Positions 1 to 10,964 of a stretch of DNA of 64,000 nucleotides are shown piece by piece (position 1 is the first letter of the stretch; each line of letters starts with the position of its first letter). Source of the stretch: Ranitomeya imitator (taxonomy: Eukaryota). The notes beneath the pieces were generated by a model that ran no database searches, was not told the origin of the DNA, and saw only the letters and a program-made list of their open reading frames with translations. The DNA lies in contig NC_091284.1 of the NCBI RefSeq assembly GCF_032444005.1, positions 102,052,001 through 102,116,000 of the forward strand, written 5' to 3'. Both the position numbers and the translations under genes were made by a program.

Positions 1-265
1 ACAGGGAGCACTCTGACACCCCAAGCTCTCCCCCTGTATCCAAGGTGACAGATGCGATGATTCTGGACCCGTTACAGATGAGGCAAACCTGGTTAGTTTC
101 TCCCCCTTACACCTGCATCAATGCCTAGGGTCTGTGTGGCCACCCAGACCTGAGGCTTAGAGGATCCACCTCACCTGTTGAGCCTAACACCTACTCTCAA
201 AAAGTAATCATAGCATGAGTGGCTTTTTATAATCTTAAATGTCCAAATCGATAAGTCTACAGTCA

Positions 266-561
266 CTCTTTGTGACTGCACACTTGTGAATCTCCCCAGC
301 GTATGCACTGTACGCTGCGCAGACTCACTGGTTTCTGACCTGGGACCAAAGGGTATGTATGAGTTACACATACCGCCGACCAAAACCCATCTCGTGGGAG
401 TGGTCTCGCTCCATACAAGTGTATTGTGCCGAGGCCGCACCCACTGGCCAGGAGTATGTATAACGCATACATACCCTCCGGTCCCAGGTCAGATATTGGT
501 GAATCTCCGCAGCACACAGTGAATGTGCTGGGGGGATTCATATATCTGTAGTCACACAGAG
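266..561. mobile_element. Foldback (palindromic) MITE-like element in intron 2
   Basis: Imperfect inverted arms of about 110 bp (ctctttgtgactgc...gggtatgtatgagttacacatac versus gtatgtataacgcatacataccc...gtagtcacacagag). The opposite-strand ORFs 263-541 and 286-522 give similar peptides because of this symmetry. Confidence 0.75.
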
Positions 562-776
562 CGATTCAAAGGTTGATACTGTACAGTTTGCAGACAACTA
601 ATGGGCCAGCAACCAAGGCTCTCCTCTCCAACTAGTTGATGACTAGTTGCACAGCAAATAAAATGTAAGATGTGCTTGAACGGCAGAAGGTCTAGAATGC
701 TTGGGACCAGTCAGGCTAGGCTACCAACCATATACTACGTGTGTAATAGTAGATAACATGAAAGAAAGCAATTTAC

Positions 777-905
777 CGCTGTCGAGTCCATGATACCCAT
801 CATTGGAAATAACACCACTGGGAAGAGAGCAGTAACAGCCAATGGGAGAGCTTCTGTGCACCAGAAGAGAGCCATTATAATGATCACATAGCCACAGCTT
901 GCCTC
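777..905 (-). CDS. slc13a2: slc13a2 coding exon 2 (43 codons, EASCGYVIIIMALFWCTEALPLAVTALFPVVLFPMMGIMDSTA)
   Basis: Manual translation of the reverse complement gives the SLC13 'FWCTEALPLAVTALFP' motif and closely resembles the frog NaDC sequence I recall. It is flanked by a ttttttatgcAG acceptor (906-907) and a GTaaat donor (775-776), 129 bp, phase 0/0. Not in the ORF track because it has no ATG start. Confidence 0.95.
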
Positions 906-2813
906 CTGCATAAAAAAAGAATAAAAATCATGATTAGAATCCTAAAAAAATAAATGAAATCCCATCTATAAAGAACAAGTGATGATCAAGCATTGTCATG
1001 TTCAGTGAACCATTACTCCACTGACTGTGACTTTTAGCTTTTCATTAGGCTGCAGCCAAATAGTGCATGCAATTTTGGGAGAGAAAAAAACTATTTTTGA
1101 ATCATTAATTCCAAACACTAAAATAAAGGTATGATAGCACCTAATTATGCATTCAATTGAATAACTTTATTTGTATTTGCTACACAAAAAATGCAACCCA
1201 TGTAGCAAACTGGAAAAAATAATTAACGATCTATCAGGCAGGATAGGTGCTGCTGTTGTCCAGCTTGTAAAGAAATCCAGTCCACCTATGATGGAACAAA
1301 ATAATGAAACCGACCAACGCAGTGGACTGATCTGATTTAGCATGTAGTAGGTGTAATAAAAATATTAATACTGGTCCGAAGAATAAAGTTGCTTTATCAA
1401 TTTTACCACACATGGAACAGCATAAAAAGAACCCCCCCAAAAATTCCTGAATTGATGGTTTTAGTTTATTCTGCCTCCCAGAAATCGTAATAGAAAGTGA
1501 TAAAAAAAAAAATCATGTGCCCGAAAATGGTACCAATAAAAACACTATCTAGTCCCACAAAAAAAATCCTTAAATGACTCTGTTGGAAGAAATATGGAAA
1601 ACTTATAGCTTTCATATATGGCGATGCAAAAGCTAGTTTTTGCAAAAAAAGTGTCTTTTAGTGTGGGACAGCAGCCAAGCATAAAAACGTAATCTAAATC
1701 TGGTATGGTTGTAATCTCCCCGTCCTGAAGAATAAAGTTGTCTAATCACTTATACCACCAGAGGAATGGCGCAAAAATATATAAAACCAATCCTTCAACT
1801 ACTGTTGATTTGTTCATTCTGCCTCCCAAAGATCGCAGTAATGCTCGGTTCACATTTATGCTGCACTCTACGCTGAGCGCTTACACTGGGGTTTCTGTGT
1901 AAATCTCTAAAATATGTGATTCAGATGGAATTCCCAGTGAAAGAGTCACTGTAATGAGTGAGGTGGGGGTACTGTGGATGCAGTCTGACCTACAATTCAG
2001 CGGTGTCCGTCTTTTTAGGTGTGCATAAAAAGTGCCATCGGGCACAGTTTTGTGCACCTCTAAAAAGAAGGACACTGCTGAACAGAGGCCAGACAGAGTC
2101 CAGAGAAACTCTGCTGCCTCATTATAGTGAATGAGTTCCTTAGCGGTTTCATCTGAATCATGTCCCTCGGAGATTAGATGGAAACCCCGACATAAGTGCT
2201 CAGCGTAGAGTGCTGGACAAATGTGATCCCAAATGTATGTAAAATGTTCCCAATAAAAACTTCAATTCAATCCACAAAAAAAGCAAGTCCCCACTTAGGT
2301 CCATCATCTGTCAAGGAAAATATATGGGTTTCCACCTTACTGGTAGTAAAAGATCTGGAAAAGCGCTATGGCTTCTCGCCCCCCAAAAGCAATTCAACTA
2401 TTTCTGCTCTCTGAAATCCAAATGCCCCCTTCCCTTCTGATCCACAGTGTGCCTATACCACATTTAGCATCCACATGTTCTGTAGCGATGAGAGCCAGCC
2501 TAATGTACGGGTGCATCTCTCCAGGTGCATTAGCTGGGCACTACAATGTACTGGTTGCTACAACATACTGGGGACTACAATGTACTGTTCACTACAATGC
2601 ACTGGGGTCTACAATGTACTGGGCACCACAACGGCAGTTTGCAATTTTCAGCAACATCCCCTGGTGCTGATAAATTCCGAAAGGGGTATAGTTTCCAGAA
2701 TAGGGTCACTCTACTTTAGGTGCTTTTTATATGGAGTCTGCAAAATATTCTAGGAAAATCTGCGCTCCAAATAGTGCTTCCTCTCTTCCGAGTCTCCCCT
2801 TATGGCTGAGCAG

Positions 2814-3101
2814 TAGTGATGAGCGAGTATACTCGTTGCTTGTGTTTTCGGGTATTTGTGAGTGCTCGGAGATTTAGTTTTTGTGGACGCAGATGCATGA
2901 TTTACGGCTGCTAGCCAGCCTGAGTACATGTGGGGGTTGACTGGTTGCTAGGGAATCCCCATGTGTATTCAAGCTATCTAGGAGCCGCAAATTATGCAGG
3001 TGCGTCGACAAAAAATAAATCTCAGAGCACTCACAAATACTTGGAGACCACCCGAGCGTGCTCGGGAAAACCTGAGTATCGAGTATACTCGCTCATCACT
3101 A
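2814..3101. mobile_element. hAT-type MITE
   Basis: TIR tagtgatgagcgagtatactcg / cgagtatactcgctcatcacta; 8-bp TSD ctgagcag / ctaagcag (7 of 8 match). Confidence 0.85.
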
Positions 3102-5458
3102 CTAAGCAGTACAATACAGTACAGCCACATATGGGGTATTGACACATTCAGCAGAAATTGTGGGACAAATTTTGGTGCCATTTTTACCCATTTCCCCATG
3201 TGAAAATCTGGGGCTAAAACAACATTTTCGTGGTAAAAATTTTATTATTATTTCTTCACTGCACAATGGTATAAAATTCTATATGACACACCTGTGGTGT
3301 CAATATGATCGCTGCAACCCTAGATGAATTCATTGAGAGGTGTAGTTTGCAAAATGGGGTCACTTATAGGGATTCTGCTGTTCAGGTCTCTTACTGGCTC
3401 TTCCAGATGGTCATGACACTCGCAAACCATAACAGTAAAATCTGCACTATAATATGGTCCTCCTTCCCTTCTGAGCTTTGCACTGTGCCTAAAAAGTATT
3501 TCCTGATAACATGTAGATCATTGGCACACTTAGGAGAAATTTTTACAACAACCTGAGGTCAATTTTTTCATATTAGCCTTTAGAAAAATTAAAAACTTGG
3601 GGTTATAACAATATTTTAGAGGTAAAAATGTAATTATTCTTTCTTCACCACCCAATAGTATACAATTCTGTAAGGCACATGTGGTGTCAATATGATCACT
3701 GCTCCCCTAGATGAATTCATTGGGGGGTGTAGTTTGCAAACTGAGGTCACACATTGTGGGGTTTCTGCTATTCCAACACCTCATGGGGCTCTGCCATTGT
3801 GACATGGCATTCTCAAAGCATTCCAGCAAAATCTGAACTCCAATATGATGCGCCTTTCCTTCTGAGATGTGCACTGTGCCCCAAAAATAATGTTCAACCA
3901 CTTATGGGGTATCTGTGTATGCATAAAAAATTGGACAATACATTTTGGGGTCCATTTTCTACTACTATCATTGTGAAAATGGCAACCATTTTGGGCTAAA
4001 AAAAACAAACATTTTTGCGGGATAATGTTTTTTTTAATTTTCACAGATCAATGTTATAATATTCTGTGAAGCACCAAGGGGTTCAAGGTGCTCACTACAC
4101 ATCTAAATAAATTCCTTGGGGTGGGTCTAGTTTCCAAATAGGGTCATTTGTGGGGGTTTCCACTGTATAGGCACATCAGGGGCTCTCCAAACGCGGCATG
4201 ACACCCGCAGACCATTCCATCAAAGTCTGCATTCCAAAATGTCACTCCTTCCTTTCTGAGCCCTGCCATGTGCCTAAACAGTAGTTTTTTCCCCACATAT
4301 GGGATATCTGTGTACTTAGCAGAAATTGCACAAAACACATTTTGTGGTCTATTTTCTCCTGTTATTTTCTCCTGAAAATAAAAAATGAGGCTAAAAGAAC
4401 ATTTTTGTAGGAAAAATGTGATTTTGTTTTATTTTCACAGGTCAATGTTATAAACTTCTGAGAACCACCTGTGGTTTGAAAGTGCTCACTACACATCTAT
4501 CTAGATACATTGCTTGAAGGGTCTAGTTTCCAAAACTGTGGGAGTTTCCACTATTTAGACACATCAAGGGCTCTCCAAACGGGACATGGCGTCTACTAAT
4601 GATTGCAGCAAATTCTGCATGAAGTCAAATGGCGCTCCTTTCCTTTCAAGCCCTGCCGTGCACCCAAACAGTTTCCTCACACATATCAGCATACTCAGGA
4701 GAAAGTGCACAACAAATTGTATGGTGCAATTTCTCCTAGTACCCTAGTGAAAATAAAAACAATTTGGGTTGAAATAACATTTTTCTGAGAAAAATGTGAT
4801 TCTTTATTTTCACAGCTCAATATTATAAACTTCTGTGAAGCAGCTGGTGCTCACCAGACATCTAGATACATTCTTTGGGTTTCCACTGCTTGGGAACATC
4901 AGGGGCTCTCCAAATGCGACATGGTGTCCACTCTCGATTCCAGACACATTGGGGTATCAGTGCGGTCAGAAGAAATTGGGCAAGTATTGTGGTCCAATTT
5001 CTACTGTTGCCCTTGGGAAAATAAAAAAAATTGGTTCTAAAGGTAAATTTTTGTGATAAAAGTTAAATGTTCATTTTTTCCATCCACATTCTAAAAATTC
5101 CTGTGAAGCACCTAAAGGGTTAATAAATTTCTTAAATGTGGTTTTGAGCACCTTCAAATGTGATGTGGTCTTCAAAAAAATGGTTTGTAAATTTTGTTGG
5201 AAAAATGAGACCTTGCTGGTCAACTTTTTACCCTTCTAACTCCCTAACAAAACAAAAAATGTGTAAAACTGTGCTGATGTAAAGTAGGCATGTGGTAAAT
5301 GTTATTTATAAATTATTTTATGTGACAGAACTCTTTGGTTTAAGAGCATAAAAATTGAAAGTTTGAAAATTGAAAAATGTTCCAAATCTTCGCCAAATTT
5401 CCAACTTTTTCACATATAAATGCAAGTCAAATTAAATAAATTTTAACACTATCATTAA

Positions 5459-5661
5459 CCCTGCTGTTCTGTTGGTCAAAAATGACCGACTTTGAACTTC
5501 AATATTCTTTAAAATATTCAAGATGCGGCTCTGAAACCCGTGGCCGACCGACCCATCCTCATTTAAGTCAATCAACCACAAGTTTCAGAACCGCATCTTG
5601 AACACCCCAAAAAATACCAAAGTTCAAAATAGGTCTCCCCAGACCGAACAGAACAGCAGGG
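5459..5661. mobile_element. piggyBac-like MITE
   Basis: TTAA on both sides; TIR ccctgctgttctgtt / aacagaacagcaggg; 203 bp. Confidence 0.85.
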
Positions 5662-6311
5662 TTAAATACTATATGTCTTGAAAAAACAATCTCGGAATCA
5701 GTGAGATCCATTGAAGTGTTCCAGAGTTATTACCATATAAAGTGACACTGGTCAGAATTGTAAAATTTGGCCTGGTCATGAAGGTGAAAACAGGCTTGGA
5801 GGTAAAGAGGCTAAAAACTGGCTAGCTGAATCCTTCAAAGATCTATGTTGAAAGAGAAAGGAATCTAAAGAGGTGTGGAATGGAGTGAACATTAATTTCA
5901 CTTTAATAGCGAGCATAGTGGTATCCGCAGCAGTCGGCTTCTTGCAGCTGCCCGGCTTTTGAGTGTGCCAGCTACTTAAGGCAATGAATATTCACTTCAT
6001 TCCACTCCCATAGACGTAGAATGCAATAAGTATCACGTCCCTTTAGTAGCGGCACACATGAAAGCCCGACAGCTGCAGGATATTGTGCTCGCTAAAGAGC
6101 AATGAACACTCACTGCGCTCCACGGACACAATCCTGGTGTGGAGAACAGTGAGTATTCTGCCAGCTGTCCTCGGCGGCTTGTAAGCAGCACATGATGTCA
6201 CTGCCATGCGCTGATTAGATGTATAAAGCAGCTGCTGGCACCAGAGCAGGACACTGCGTGGGCACGCAGGGAAGGTAAGAATGTTTTTTTTCTCCTGTAC
6301 TAATGCCACTA

Positions 6312-6668
6312 TAGGGATTGGGGCCAATCATACCAGGATAAGGATGGGGCCATGCATACCAGGATAAGGTTGGACCCAATCTTACCAGGATAAGGATGGG
6401 GCCATGCATACCAGGACGGAGATGGGTTCCCTGCATACCAGGATAGGGTTTGGGGCCAATCATACCAGGATGAGGTGGTGGGGCCAATAATATCAGGATA
6501 AGGATGGGGCCATGCATACCAGGATAAGGATGGGACCATGCATACCAGGATAGGGATTGGGGTCATGCATACCAGGATGGAGATGGAGGCCCTGCATACC
6601 AGGATAAGGATGGGTACCTGCATACCAGGACAGAGATAAGGGGGGCCATGTATACCAGGACGGGGGAT
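6312..6668. repeat. Minisatellite, unit of about 31 bp (catgcataccaggataaggatggggc)
   Basis: About 11 degenerate tandem copies visible directly. Confidence 0.9.
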
Positions 6669-7835
6669 ATTAAGTATAGAATTGACCACATTTTTTGGTT
6701 CAATTTTTTTTCTAAACTCCTCCTCTAAAACCTAGTTGCATTGGGCTTCTCCCAACTGGGGAGGGTGCCATTTATACTAGATGCCTTCCTTGGCTGGGGT
6801 TATTTTCAAGTTGCGCACGCTGCCCCTTTAAAAATAGGGGAGCTTGTGCACTGCCGGAAAGCCTGTGTGGCATACACAGAAAGCAGGGAGCAGGAAATAG
6901 GGTGCTCACTGTGCAGCCGTGGCGGTATGTTGGTGTCCCTGCATGAAGGAGGCAGAGGGATCATGTAGGGGCACCGGCAATAGTGTTACAATTGCAATAT
7001 ATTAAGAGAATAAAAACTTTGGTGGGAGTGCATCTATAATAACCACTCTATGTTATCTATTACTGAGGCAGTTGTTAACCCAGTTACACATATTTTTCCT
7101 AGTCCCATTACTCTCATTTTATGCACCAACCTTTTGTGTGGCACCATCTAAAATAACTTTGAAAAGTCCATATAAACAACATCCACTGCATTTCCCTTGT
7201 CCAGTCTGGAACTTGCCTAGTCATAGAAGCTGATCAGATTAGTTTGATAGGACCGATCCCTCACAAACCCATGTTAATGCTGGGTCATGAGCCTATTCTC
7301 ATTGAGATATTCAAGCATCTCTTAGAAAACCCTCAAGGATTTTACCCAAGGTTAAATTTGCCAGCCTATAATTTCCAGGCTCAGATTTGATCCCTTTTTG
7401 AATATTGGAACCATTTTTGCGGTACAGACCCAGTTATCATTAAATCTTAAAGATAGTGGTCTGTTTATCATGGTTGTCATGATTCCTCTGCTCGGTGTGT
7501 CTGGGACTCTGGGTGCTTTGATTGACAGCTCAGTTGACTAATCTGAGACTGGACGATGCAAAGATTTCTCTAGGTGTTCCCTGCTCTTAGTAACTGCCCT
7601 GCTATTTAGGCAAACTGTCTGGCCTACATCACTGCCAGTCAAAGCTTCTGCTCTCTGATGTGTTTGCGTGATTTATATGCTGTGAGTTCTGATCTACTGC
7701 TGGCTAACCTTTGGACCGTGTTCTGACTTTCCATTTGGGTTTGCCCCTTTGCTTAGATCTTCTATTTCTCTGTTATTCTGACCCCGGACTGTGACTTGAC
7801 TTATGCCTTAGTCTTTTTCCTTAGTTTACTTCTTA

Positions 7836-8238
7836 GGCTATGTGCAAACGATGCGGATTTGCTGCGGATCTGCAGCAGATTTTTCCATGCAGAAATGCTG
7901 CAGGTCCGCACTGTGATGTACAGTACAATGTTAATCAATGGGTAAAAAAAAAGTTGTGCACATGGTGCGGAAAAATCAGTGTGGAATTGCTGCGGATTTA
8001 AAAGAACTGCATGTCACTCCTTTTGTGTGGTTCCGCAGCGTTTCTGCACCCCTCCATGTTAGAAATCCGCAGTGGCAAAAACTGCAGAAAATCCGGACAA
8101 AATCCGCATCAGTTCCGTGGCAAATCCGCACAAAAGCCGCATAAAAACCGCGGCAAATCCGCAGCTGCGGATTCTGCTAGGAGATGCAGATTTTGTGCAG
8201 AAAATTCTGCACCACATTTCCTACGTGTGCACATAGCC
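7836..8238. mobile_element. PIF/Harbinger-type MITE
   Basis: TIR ggctatgtgca / tgcacatagcc; TTA TSD on both sides; palindromic gcgga/tccgc-rich interior. Confidence 0.85.
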
Positions 8239-8399
8239 TTACTCTCTAGTACTGACCCTGGAATGCCTGATTTTTCTACTTCATGGCTTGTCAATGAGCA
8301 GTGACAATGGTGCTTAATTCCTGCAGTACTCGGGAGTGCATGCCATTCGGGCCCAGGGATTTATTTACTTTTTTGTTGTTTTAGAGGTGGTACCATCTT

Positions 8400-8660
8400 G
8401 CTGGATTAAGAAGATATTATCAATGAAGATAGTGGATTATATCGGTGCTGCCAGACAATTTAGAATACAAAATATGGTTAAAGGAAGGTGGTGGTTTATT
8501 CTACGCGTTTCGAAGTCATCATGACTTCGAAACAAAGACAGTCCTCCTTGATAATAGCTGTAATTAGGTTGCTTGCCGACCCGTGGATCTGCGACAGCTG
8601 ACATACAAGCCTTCTTTCCACACCACCAGGTGAGCAGTTTTTGATCAAAATTGCACATTG
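8400..8660. mobile_element. PLE pseudo-LTR remnant with an apparent inversion junction
   Basis: The minus strand reads ...GACTTC GAAACGCGTA GAATAAA (hammerhead 3' half plus AATAAA). There is a 12-bp perfect hairpin at 8507-8533 and a GGTGAGC donor-like motif at 8629-8635 on the plus strand. Confidence 0.45.
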
Positions 8661-8959
8661 TATAACATGGGATAAGACTTTACTTGCGCTCCATGTTTTC
8701 CTACAGTTTGCAATACTGGATTAAGAAGGTGAAATTTAATGGATAAATTTTGGTATCAGAGATACCATGTCATGCGATTTTCTTGTGTAAATACTGTAGA
8801 GAAAAGAGCATTTAGCAGATTGGCATTTCCGCATCCTTTCCACCATTTCACCCACACTATTTTTGAGGGGGCCAAAACTATCATTTTTGAGTTTTTCTAC
8901 TTGTTCCAGGTCTCTTATATTTGAAGGTATCTTCTCCTAACAGCAATTTTAAGATCTCT

Positions 8960-9235
8960 CCATAGTTGTTCATATGGATTTACATTAGGGCTCATTGCTG
9001 CCACTTCAGAACTCTCCATCATTTTGTTTACATCCATTTCTGGGTGCTACTTGAAGTATGTTTGGGGTTGTTGTCCTACTGGAATACCCACAATCCAGGA
9101 TGCAAACTCAGCTTTCTGACATTGGGAACTACATTGCCACCAAAAATCCTTTGGTAATCTTCACATTTCATGATGCATTGAACACAGTGAGAGCACCAAG
9201 TGCCAGAGGCAGCAAAACAACCCCAAAACATCGAG
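8960..9235 (-). mobile_element. Degenerate Tc1 transposase fragment
   Basis: Sequence such as tttggggttgttgtcctactgg and cagaactctcc resembles the antisense of the Tc1 catalytic-domain region seen in the other copies. Confidence 0.5.
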
Positions 9236-10415
9236 GGGCGCCCTAGTCTAACTCCTGAAAACTCTCGAAATGCCTACTTCGAACAGGAACTTCAGCTCCA
9301 ACTCCTCTTCAGGCAGTAAGAACTATCACTGGAAATTCTCAAGTGCTAGTGCCGAGCATAGAGCATATATATAGGAGAGGGAAGTGGAAAACACTGCACA
9401 GTGGGGACAATCCAGGTTGGACAGTTCCAGGGGATTAACTGAACATTGAGAGATGTGTTGATGCACTTAACTTCTTAATGGATACCGAATAAACATTTTT
9501 TTTAATTTGATAAGTGGTTGTACCTGTTTTTCCTACACCACTTTTTTTTCTTGTTTTTGTTGGCCAGAAGAGCAAGCAGGTCCCAGCAGATAAGCTGAGT
9601 CTGATATGTACATGCAGAGTGGTGAGTTTATTGTTATGACCTGGTGGTTAGGAGCACCAGGCACGACCTGATAGTTAAACTGACACGAGACAAGCTCTGG
9701 GATGTGGGAGCTCTGCTGACCGCAACCCCTAATCCTATCACACACACTAGAAATAGCCGTGGAGCGTTCCTGACTCTCCCTAGACGCCTCTTCACAGCCT
9801 AAGAGCTAGCTAGCCCTAGAGATAGAAAATAAAGCCTACCTTGCCTCAGAGAAATTCCCCAAAGGTAAAGAAAGCCTCCCACATATATTGACTGTGAGTT
9901 AAGATGAAGTCACAAACATAGAAATGAAACAGATTTCAGCAAAGGGAGGCCAGACTTACTAAACAGACAGAGGATAGGAAAGGTATCTTTGCGGTCAGCA
10001 CAAAAAACTAAAAAAGACCACGCAGAGTGTGCAAAAAGACCTCCGCACCGACTAACGGTGCGGAGATGCCACTCTGCATCCCAGAGCTTCCAGCTAGCAA
10101 GACAAAATCATGATATCCAGCTGGACAAGGAAACAGTGAACAAATAATAACTAGCAGGAACTTAGCTTCTGCTGGAATAGACAGGTCATCAGAAAGATCC
10201 AAGAGCGAACTGAACAAACGCAGGAACATTGACAGCTGGCATGGAGTAACGATCTGAGTGGAGTTAAATAGAGCAGCCAACCACAGGACAAACCACGTCA
10301 CCTGTGTAAGGAACCTAAGAAGCAGCAGCTCCACTCACAGCCACCAGAGGGAGTCCATAGACAGAACTCGCCGAAGTACCATTCACGACCACAGGAGGGA
10401 GCTCGACAACAGAAT

Positions 10416-10964
10416 TCACAACAGTACCCCCCCTTGAGGAGGGGTCACCGAACCCTCACCAGAGCCCCCAGGCCGATCAGGATGAGCCAAATGAAAGGCA
10501 CGAACTAGATCAGCAGCATGAACATCAGAGGCAAAAACCCAGGAATTATCTTCCTGACCATAACCCTTCCACTTGACCAGGTACTGGAGTTTCCGTCTCG
10601 AAACACGAGAATCCAAAATCTTCTCCACCACATACTCCAACTCCCCCTCAACCAACACCGGGGCAGGAGGATCAACGGAGGGAACCATAGGCTCCACGTA
10701 TCTCCGCAACAACGACCTATGGAACACATTATGGATGGCAAAAGAAGCTGGAAGGTCCAAACGAAATGACACAGGATTAAGAACTTCAGAAATCTTATAT
10801 GGCCCAATGAAACGAGGCTTAAACTTAGGAGAGGAAACCCTCATAGGAACATGACGAGATGACAACCAAACCAAATCCCCAACACGAAGTCGGGGACCAA
10901 CACAGCGCCGGCGGTTAGCGAAACGTTGAGCCTTCTCCTGGGACAATGTCAAATTGTCCACCAC
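10416..10964 (-). CDS. Gypsy integrase C-terminus with GPY/F motif and chromodomain (now out of frame)
   Basis: KFKPRFIGPYKI and EYVVEKILDSR...YLVKWKGYGQEDNSW chromodomain signature. Confidence 0.9.
   Translation of the reverse strand: MVDNLTLSQEKAQRFANRRRCVGPRLRVGDLVWLSSRHVPMRVSSPKFKPRFIGPYKISEVLNPVSFRLDLPASFAIHNVFHRSLLRRYVEPMVPSVDPPAPVLVEGELEYVVEKILDSRVSRRKLQYLVKWKGYGQEDNSWVFASDVHAADLVRAFHLAHPDRPGGSGEGSVTPPQGGVLL

Larger units (their letters stand above)
1340..5810. mobile_element. Large non-autonomous TTAA-type (piggyBac-like) element, copy 1, left end not found
   Basis: Internal degenerate tandem units of about 390-400 bp (tagtttccaaaatggggtcacttgtgggg-like motif at about 2690, 3342, 3730, 4129, 4524). 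The right end ...ggcctggtcatgaagg...gaggctaa matches 38210-38255. No coding capacity. Confidence 0.6.

Noticed and set aside
1-776. slc13a2 exon 3
   Set aside because: No sequence encoding the expected YLKD...EKWNLHKRIAL segment was found; it presumably lies left of the window.
6215-6689. Pro/Gly-rich ORFs of 100-126 aa
   Set aside because: They are translations of a 31-bp minisatellite with no splice or homology support.
9250-9285. CTGAAAA...CGAAA hammerhead-like string
   Set aside because: C3-A8 mismatch, no convincing stems I or II and no palindromic stem III.
10008-10334. 108-aa ORF duplicated at 14638-14964
   Set aside because: It lies wholly within the two LTRs, so the duplication is explained by LTR identity. 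No known motif.
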